From contig OZ250165.1 of NCBI GenBank assembly GCA_965238005.1, positions 2,176,001 through 2,240,000 on the forward strand: a stretch of 64,000 bases of DNA. Direction: 5' to 3'. Below are positions 57,868 to 64,000 of this stretch, in pieces. Both the position numbers and the translations under genes were made by a program. The stretch comes from Longimicrobiales bacterium. GTDB lineage: Bacteria > Gemmatimonadota > Gemmatimonadetes > Longimicrobiales > Gaopeijiaceae. Under the pieces are notes generated by a model that was given only the letters and a program-made list of their open reading frames with translations, had not been told where the DNA came from and ran no database searches. Numbering within the stretch: position 1 is the stretch's first letter; the number at the start of each line of letters is the position of its first letter.

Positions 57868-60258
57868 ATGCACGAAGACACGACGTCCCTTGCCCCCCTC
57901 GAGTCTGAGCTGTCGGGCGCCTCGCCCCACATCTCGGACTACTGGCACGTCATCACCCGTCGCCTGTGGCTCGTGCTCCTCATTTTCGGAGTGACGACCG
58001 CTTCGGCCATCTGGGCGGCATCCAACCAGCGGACGATCTACGAGACAAGGGCCACCCTCCAGATCAACGATCCGCTCGAGGTGACCCGACAGCTCACGGT
58101 CCCCAGGGCGGTGGCGCACATGAGGATCTTCGTGGATCCCATCGAGTCGGAGATTCAGGTGCTGGCCTCGGCCCAAGTGGCCCGCAGCGTGGTGCAGCAC
58201 GTGGGTCTGCGGCTGCGTCCCGAGAATCCGAATCTCGCACGCTCCCATCTCTTCGTGGACGCCTGGATCGACCCGGAGGCGCCAGACGGTGTCCTTGATC
58301 TCGTCTACGACGTGGACGGCACCGAGGCGCAGATCTTCGACGGTACCGGGATCCTCGTCGCGGCCGGCCCCGTGGGCACGGAGCTCGACGGCGGTTGGCT
58401 TAGGCTGAGGACGCAGCTTCCACCCGGAGAAGCTCGCCGGTACCGCCTGGTGATCCATCCGGTATCGGCAGTCCAAGGTGAGGTTCAGGGACGACTCACG
58501 GCGAAAACCCTGGAATCGACGAACATCATCCAGGTGAGCTACCGGAGTCCCGATCCCATCCTGGCACCGAAGATCTTGAACGGGGCCACGGTTGCCCTAC
58601 AGAGCTTCGGAGAGGCTCGAGTCCGGCAGCAGGCTGAGCGCGATCTCGCGTTCATCGAGCAGCGTCTCGACAGCGCCCTGTCTCAGCTCCAGGGCTCGTC
58701 CCAGGCGATTCGGCGCTTCAAGGAGAGCGCCTCGTTCACCAGCCTGACCATCCAGGAGCAGCAGCTCCTGAATCGCTACCAGCGCACCGACGACCGAATG
58801 CAGGAGTTGGTCGCCCAGCTGGACGCCCTCCACGGGCTCACGGTGAGCTTGGAGACGACCGGCGTCGGGGGCGTTGACCTCGTAGCCTTCATGGCGGTGC
58901 TGCCCGCCGGAGTGAATCCGCAGATCCGCGGCCTCGCCGACGAAGTGCAGGGCCGCAATAACCTGGTCCAGACGCTTCTGACCGAGGAGCGGAAGACTGA
59001 GGATGATCCACAGGTGAGGGCGGTTCGGGCCCAGCTCCAGGCAAAGGAGGCCGAGCTCAGAACCGCAGTCGATGAGAACCTGGGCGTCCTCGACACCCAG
59101 ATCGCGGACCAGCAGGCCCAGCTCAACCAGATTCGGGCCGACCAGGCGAACTTCCCCGAGCTCGAGAACCGGCTCGAAGAGCTGAACATCCAGCTGGGAC
59201 TCGACCAGGAGACCGTGCGCTTTCTCAAGTCACAGCAGTACCAAGGGGAGATCACCGCCGCGGGTGCGTCGGCCTATGTCGCCGTCGTCGACTCGGCCGA
59301 CAGCGTGAGCCCAGTGACGACTGGCGGACGGACCAATCTTCTCCTCGGCGCGCTCCTGGGGCTGATCCTCGGGGTTGGGGCGGCGTTCTTCCTCGAGTAT
59401 CTCGACCGTACGGTCCGCACCAGCGCGGACGTCGAGACACTCCTCAGTATTCCGGTCTTCGGCATCATACCGCGGCTCCGGAAGCTCAGGCCCGAGTCGG
59501 AAGAGGACGACGGCCGCGGCGCCCTTCCCCTCATGGTGGCGCTGGATCCTCTCGATCCGGCCGCCGAGGCGTATCGCAACCTGCGCATGAACCTGATGTT
59601 CATGAGCACCGACGACGAGCCCATCCGGACCCTGCTCTTCTCGAGCCCAGGCCCCAACGAAGGCAAGTCCACAACTGCGATCAACTTCGCCGTCATGCTG
59701 GCGCAACAGGGGCAGCGGGTGCTGCTCATCGACGCGGACCTGCGTCGCCCCACCCTACACCGGGCCCTGGACGTGCTCCGGGAGCCGGGGCTCACCAACC
59801 TACTGGTGGGAGACGCGGAGCTGCGCGAGGCTGTTCGGCCCAACGTCCTCCCGAACCTGGATCTACTACCCAGCGGGCCCTTCCCGCCCAACCCATCCGA
59901 GCTCCTCAACTCCAAGACCATGCAGCGTCTTCTGGAGGAGTTCGAAGGGAAGTACAGCCACCTCATCCTGGATACGCCACCCATCCTCGCCGTCACCGAC
60001 TCGGCGATTCTGGGCGCCCACACCGATGGTGTCGTTCTCGTGCTGCGGTCTGGAGAGACTGAGCAACGGGCAGCCGAGCGGGCCGTGGATCAGCTCCGGA
60101 GGATCGGCGTGAGGGTCTTCGGGGCGGTGCTGAACGAGGTGTCCTCCGCCACCGTGGAGGAGAGCTACTATATGCAGTACCACTACAGCTACCATCCACG
60201 CCAGGATGGTGGATTTAAGAAGCTGACCAAGGGGCTACAGAAGGCGAAGATCTGGTAG
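57868..60258 (+). CDS. wzc: Wzc-type polysaccharide co-polymerase / BY-kinase
   Basis: Two TM helices flanking a coiled coil, EAYRNLR, PNEGKST, IDADLRRP, DTPP, Tyr cluster YYMQYHYSY. Confidence 0.9.
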   Translation: MHEDTTSLAPLESELSGASPHISDYWHVITRRLWLVLLIFGVTTASAIWAASNQRTIYETRATLQINDPLEVTRQLTVPRAVAHMRIFVDPIESEIQVLASAQVARSVVQHVGLRLRPENPNLARSHLFVDAWIDPEAPDGVLDLVYDVDGTEAQIFDGTGILVAAGPVGTELDGGWLRLRTQLPPGEARRYRLVIHPVSAVQGEVQGRLTAKTLESTNIIQVSYRSPDPILAPKILNGATVALQSFGEARVRQQAERDLAFIEQRLDSALSQLQGSSQAIRRFKESASFTSLTIQEQQLLNRYQRTDDRMQELVAQLDALHGLTVSLETTGVGGVDLVAFMAVLPAGVNPQIRGLADEVQGRNNLVQTLLTEERKTEDDPQVRAVRAQLQAKEAELRTAVDENLGVLDTQIADQQAQLNQIRADQANFPELENRLEELNIQLGLDQETVRFLKSQQYQGEITAAGASAYVAVVDSADSVSPVTTGGRTNLLLGALLGLILGVGAAFFLEYLDRTVRTSADVETLLSIPVFGIIPRLRKLRPESEEDDGRGALPLMVALDPLDPAAEAYRNLRMNLMFMSTDDEPIRTLLFSSPGPNEGKSTTAINFAVMLAQQGQRVLLIDADLRRPTLHRALDVLREPGLTNLLVGDAELREAVRPNVLPNLDLLPSGPFPPNPSELLNSKTMQRLLEEFEGKYSHLILDTPPILAVTDSAILGAHTDGVVLVLRSGETEQRAAERAVDQLRRIGVRVFGAVLNEVSSATVEESYYMQYHYSYHPRQDGGFKKLTKGLQKAKIW

Positions 60259-60538
60259 AAGCTCCCTGCTTCAACCCCCCAATCCGACTTTTCCGAGCCG
60301 CGGCCCTTGGGGTCGTCGTCACCTATCAATCGTCCCGCGGACCCTCTCCTGGTGCGCTTGCGGCGGAGGCCCCCACACCCGAGATTGCCCAAGCCAGGGG
60401 GAATTTCAGGCTGGGTCGCCCAGCCGTACGACGGGTGAGCAGCGAACGTTCCCCGTCCCTTTTTTGGGATGCCGAGCAGCCCCCCAGCGGCAAGAGCTGA
60501 CTTCCAAAGACAACTATCCGCCTCGAGAGTCGACTTCA

Positions 60539-62167
60539 ATGAACGGCACATACAGCGTTCCCCACCCAAAAAACGAGCCTGTCCGAGACTACGCGCCCGG
60601 GACATCGGAGCGCGATTCCATCAAGGCCAGATTAGCCACTATGGCTGCCGACCAGATCGAGATTCCGCTGATCATCGGGTGCCAGGAGATCCGTACCGGA
60701 CGGACTACCGACGCGGTCATGCCTCACCGGCATTCCCACGTCCTTGCCACCTGCCACCGCAGTGGGACAGACGAGATCAAACAGGCGATCCAAGCCTCCA
60801 CCGACGCCCACCGGGAGTGGTCCGCCATGCGTTGGGAGGACCGCGCTTCGATCTTCCTGACGGCGGCCGAGCTCCTGGCCACCACGTGGCGGGACACGGT
60901 GAACGCAGCCACCATGCTGGACCAGAGCAAGACCGTGCATCAGGCCGAGATCGACGCAGCTTGTGAGCTCATCGACTTCCTTCGCTTCAACGTCCACTTC
61001 GCCCAGACGATCTACGAGGGACAGGCCTTCTCTAGCGAGGGCCTGTGGAACCGCACCGAGTACCGCCCGCTCGAGGGCTTCGTGTACGCGGTCACCCCGT
61101 TCAACTTCACGGCCATAGGCGGCAACCTGTCGTCCTCCCCTGCCATCATGGGCAACACGGTTCTGTGGAAGCCCTCGAGCGCCGCGCTCCTGGGGAGCTA
61201 CTACGTCATGCGGCTCTTCGAGGCGGCGGGGCTCCCCCCGGGAGTCATCAACTTCCTGCCCGGGCCTCCGGCCGAGACCACCGAGCTCGTGTTGAGCAGT
61301 CCCGACTTTGCCGGCGTTCACTTCACCGGCTCCACGGGCGTGTTCCAGGGGCTTTGGAAGACGGCGGGCGAGCGCATCGGCAGCTACCGGTCCTACCCAC
61401 GCCTCGTCGGGGAGACCGGAGGGAAGGACTACATCGTGGCCCATCCCAGCGCCGACGTGGACGCACTGAGAACCGCCATCGTGCGAGGTTGCTTCGAGTA
61501 CCAGGGCCAGAAGTGCAGCGCAGCGTCGCGTGTCTACGTGCCGGAGAGTCTCTGGCATCAACTGAAGGATCCCCTCGTCGATGAGACCAACGCCATCACC
61601 ATGGGCGATCCCACCGACTTCCGGAACTTCATGGGGGCGGTGATCCACGCGTCGGCCTTCGAGAAGATCACCGGCTACATCGATCGCGCGGCGGCCAGCT
61701 CCGACGCCGACATCATCGCCGGTGGGGAATACGACGACTCCGAGGGCTATTTCATCCGGCCCACCATCATCCAGTCCCACAAGCCGGACTACGAGTCCAT
61801 GTGTGACGAGATCTTCGGACCGGTGGTCACGGTGTACGCGTACCCGGACGCCGGGTGGACCGAAATGCTCGCACTCGTGGAGTCCACCTCCCCCTACGCC
61901 CTCACGGGGGCGGTCTTCAGCCGGGATCGGGTCGCCCTGAGGGAGGCCCGCGAGGCCCTTCGGTTCACGGCGGGCAACTTCTACATCAACGACAAGCCTA
62001 CGGGGGCGGTGGTGGGCCAGCAGCCCTTCGGCGGAGGCCGGGCGAGCGGGACGAACGACAAGGCCGGCTCGGCGCTGAACTTGCTGCGCTGGGTCTCGGC
62101 TCAGAGCATCAAGGAGACATTCGTGCCGCCGACGGATTATCGCTATCCGTTCATGGACGCGGAGTAG
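60539..62167 (+). CDS. pruA: L-glutamate gamma-semialdehyde (P5C) dehydrogenase
   Basis: PFNFTAI, FTGST, GETGGK, FEYQGQKCSA, SGTNDKAG. Confidence 0.95.
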   Translation: MNGTYSVPHPKNEPVRDYAPGTSERDSIKARLATMAADQIEIPLIIGCQEIRTGRTTDAVMPHRHSHVLATCHRSGTDEIKQAIQASTDAHREWSAMRWEDRASIFLTAAELLATTWRDTVNAATMLDQSKTVHQAEIDAACELIDFLRFNVHFAQTIYEGQAFSSEGLWNRTEYRPLEGFVYAVTPFNFTAIGGNLSSSPAIMGNTVLWKPSSAALLGSYYVMRLFEAAGLPPGVINFLPGPPAETTELVLSSPDFAGVHFTGSTGVFQGLWKTAGERIGSYRSYPRLVGETGGKDYIVAHPSADVDALRTAIVRGCFEYQGQKCSAASRVYVPESLWHQLKDPLVDETNAITMGDPTDFRNFMGAVIHASAFEKITGYIDRAAASSDADIIAGGEYDDSEGYFIRPTIIQSHKPDYESMCDEIFGPVVTVYAYPDAGWTEMLALVESTSPYALTGAVFSRDRVALREAREALRFTAGNFYINDKPTGAVVGQQPFGGGRASGTNDKAGSALNLLRWVSAQSIKETFVPPTDYRYPFMDAE

Positions 62168-62192
62168 GAACGGCGCGGACGGTCAACAGGAG

Positions 62193-62223
62193 GAGACCCC
62201 TGGGAGAGTCCTCAGGGGGTTCG
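62193..62223. terminator. Hairpin between convergent genes
   Basis: GAGACCCCTG...CAGGGGGTTTC imperfect inverted repeat. Confidence 0.5.
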
Positions 62224-62234
62224 GATTCCGCGCT

Positions 62235-62825
62235 TCAGCTGCTCAGGCTGCCGAGGAGCGTGCTGAGGGCGTGATACCCTCCCCCCCCTGAAGCCTCGAA
62301 AACCACTCGCCTCAGGACCAGGTCGTCGAGGGCCTCACGGTGGTTCGCTCCGGGAAACACCTCCTCCACCTCAGCGGCTCCGATGCGGCGGCGGGTCTCC
62401 AGGACGCACCAGGCGTGGTCTTGGTCCTGGGTCGGGCTTCCGAGGAGCTCGAACTGGCCGCCACTCACCTCCGCGACGGCCAGCAGGGACTGCCGCTGGA
62501 GAACGGCTTCGATGGGCTCTCGGTGGATCTGGCTGACGCCCCTGAACACGAACAGGGCGTCCCCCGGTCTGTCCTCTTCGAGAAAGTGGAGGATGAGCTT
62601 GGCCACGACCTCGTCGGCACACGAGAAATCGATGACCGGGACCTCCGAAAGATCGATGAGGGACAGGGAGGTCCGGCTGCTCTCTGCCAGCTGAGCCTCG
62701 ATGGCCATCCGCACGGCCCGGCCGGTGGGCCTTGTGACGAGGTGCGAGTAGAGCGAGGCGATGGAGCGCTGCAGGAGCACGCCCACGTCGATGGCGATGG
62801 GATCGACCCCCAACTCATGCCTCAT
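62235..62825 (-). CDS. STAS-like (DUF4325-type) domain plus C-terminal winged-helix-like domain
   Basis: LVTRPTGRAVR, IDLSEVPVIDFSCADEVVAKL; C-terminal helix-helix-wing ending GGYHAL. Confidence 0.6.
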   Translation of the reverse strand: MRHELGVDPIAIDVGVLLQRSIASLYSHLVTRPTGRAVRMAIEAQLAESSRTSLSLIDLSEVPVIDFSCADEVVAKLILHFLEEDRPGDALFVFRGVSQIHREPIEAVLQRQSLLAVAEVSGGQFELLGSPTQDQDHAWCVLETRRRIGAAEVEEVFPGANHREALDDLVLRRVVFEASGGGGYHALSTLLGSLSS

Positions 62826-63708
62826 CGGCGACTCGCTCCGGGAGGATGATGTTGATCTGCGTCCCTGGGAAGTCGGGCAGCCCCTCTTCCATGGGTGGTG
62901 AGTCGAACCAATCGGGAACGTCCGCGATACGCGCGGTGCCGCTCCGGATGGAGATGAGGCCGTCCCAGCGCCGGACCTGCTTCCGGATCTGCTGAATCCC
63001 CTGTCCTCTGCCCGAGTCGGGAAAACGTGTGAGGCCATGTATGAATGCGGCTTCCAGAGCCGTGGCATCACCCCAACGGTCGGCGAAGCGAGCCGCATGC
63101 TCGTCGGCGAGAGAGCCTCGGAAGCCCCTCCCCAGATCGGATACGGAGATGATGACCACCTGGCGACCCAACCTCCTGGACCAGTTGTACGACTGGGCCG
63201 CCACCCACCCGGCAGCCTCAGCGTGCTCGATGATGTTCTGGCATATCTCGCTCAGGATCACACTGAACTGGACCACGCTCGTCGGTGGATAGCCCAGAGT
63301 CTTGGACAGGATGGCACCAGCGCGCTTTTGCACCCGATCCACCACCTCGTGGACGTCGCCGTTGGTGGTGATGGGTGTGATCTCGAGCAGAACGTCGGAC
63401 TCTCCCATCGATCCCTGGTGGGGAGTCGGGCCGGTGGCGAACACCCCCTCCGCCGCCTGGAAGAACCCCATGCGACCCATGTAGCTCTTCACGTCTCCGA
63501 CGTCGGCCAGCTCCAGGTGGGGAGTCTCTCCGCTCCGGTCGCGTGCAACGGAGCCGGCAGCCAACAGGTTCACCATCCCGTTGGGGCCGACCCACCGAAG
63601 GTGCCGTCCGTCGAAGAGGACCTTCTCGTGCCCCGCCTCACTGACTTCGGCGAGGAGGGCGTCATAGCTGTGAAAGTCGAGGGAGCCTGGGAGGTCGATG
63701 ACCTTCAT
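62815..63708 (-). CDS. STAS-like plus GHKL (HATPase) kinase-like protein
   Basis: N-terminal LFDGRHLRWVGPNG; N-box SEICQNIIEHA, G1 DLGRG, G2 GRGQG, C-terminal FPGTQI. Confidence 0.75.
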   Translation of the reverse strand: MKVIDLPGSLDFHSYDALLAEVSEAGHEKVLFDGRHLRWVGPNGMVNLLAAGSVARDRSGETPHLELADVGDVKSYMGRMGFFQAAEGVFATGPTPHQGSMGESDVLLEITPITTNGDVHEVVDRVQKRAGAILSKTLGYPPTSVVQFSVILSEICQNIIEHAEAAGWVAAQSYNWSRRLGRQVVIISVSDLGRGFRGSLADEHAARFADRWGDATALEAAFIHGLTRFPDSGRGQGIQQIRKQVRRWDGLISIRSGTARIADVPDWFDSPPMEEGLPDFPGTQINIILPERVADEA

Positions 63709-64000
63709 GCGTCCCCCTGTGCGGATAGTCGGCCTCTCAGATGCCGGTGCAAGCCGCTGGCGCCTCGGTGTTCCACGTTCCTGGATGCCATGCGGTTCGC
63801 GTGGATCATGGCCGTATGACGTTCATCTCCTCCCAGCAGTCGGGCAAAGAAAGTAGCTCCCCAAACGTCTCCGCAGCCAGTGGGGTCACCTTGCAGCTCT
63901 CCTATCTGCGAGAGGGCGCGACCGCTGTGCGCGGGGCCGGGCGCGGCGACCCGATGACGCGTCTCGGGCCAGCGCGCGGGGTCACTATCGAACCCAGCTC

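Noticed and set aside
63720..63910. Glycine riboswitch (GGAGAG motif)
   Set aside because: CCGAAG and CUCUCAGG elements are not present in the required arrangement
1..64000. CRISPR array, rRNA or IS transposase
   Set aside because: No regularly spaced repeats, rRNA signatures or transposase motifs were seen

Overview
GC-rich bacterial chromosome segment. It is most likely Gemmatimonadota; this is an inference from the Ser/Thr-kinase N-terminus at 1184-1312 and from gene content. Bases 1-~8250 are the tRNA-proximal end of an integrative element at the 3' end of a tRNA-Gln(UUG) gene. The element carries a tyrosine integrase, an excisionase-like protein, a divergent XRE-repressor/ribbon-helix-helix switch with overlapping sigma70-type promoters, a HipA-like kinase + DUF3037-like pair, a small GIY-YIG protein and several broken genes. 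Its far boundary is not in the window. The rest is mostly core genome: ispE, pdxJ, hflX, rarA, cca, gmhA, alaS, recA, a ccm operon with a CxxxY-type CcmE, glpK, maf, dtd, glmS, glmM, purD, mutM, an M16 peptidase pair, ubiE/menG, mrp, nifU, wzc and pruA. Three less ordinary modules stand out: (1) an oxidoreductase / TVP38-DUF547 / TIGR04283-TIGR04282 operon with two gene fusions and no radical SAM gene; (2) an ECF sigma operon with two matching promoters and a double zinc-finger anti-sigma; (3) a STAS-GHKL kinase + STAS-winged-helix pair resembling the CapK/CapS architecture. All family calls come from motif recognition by eye; no searches were run.
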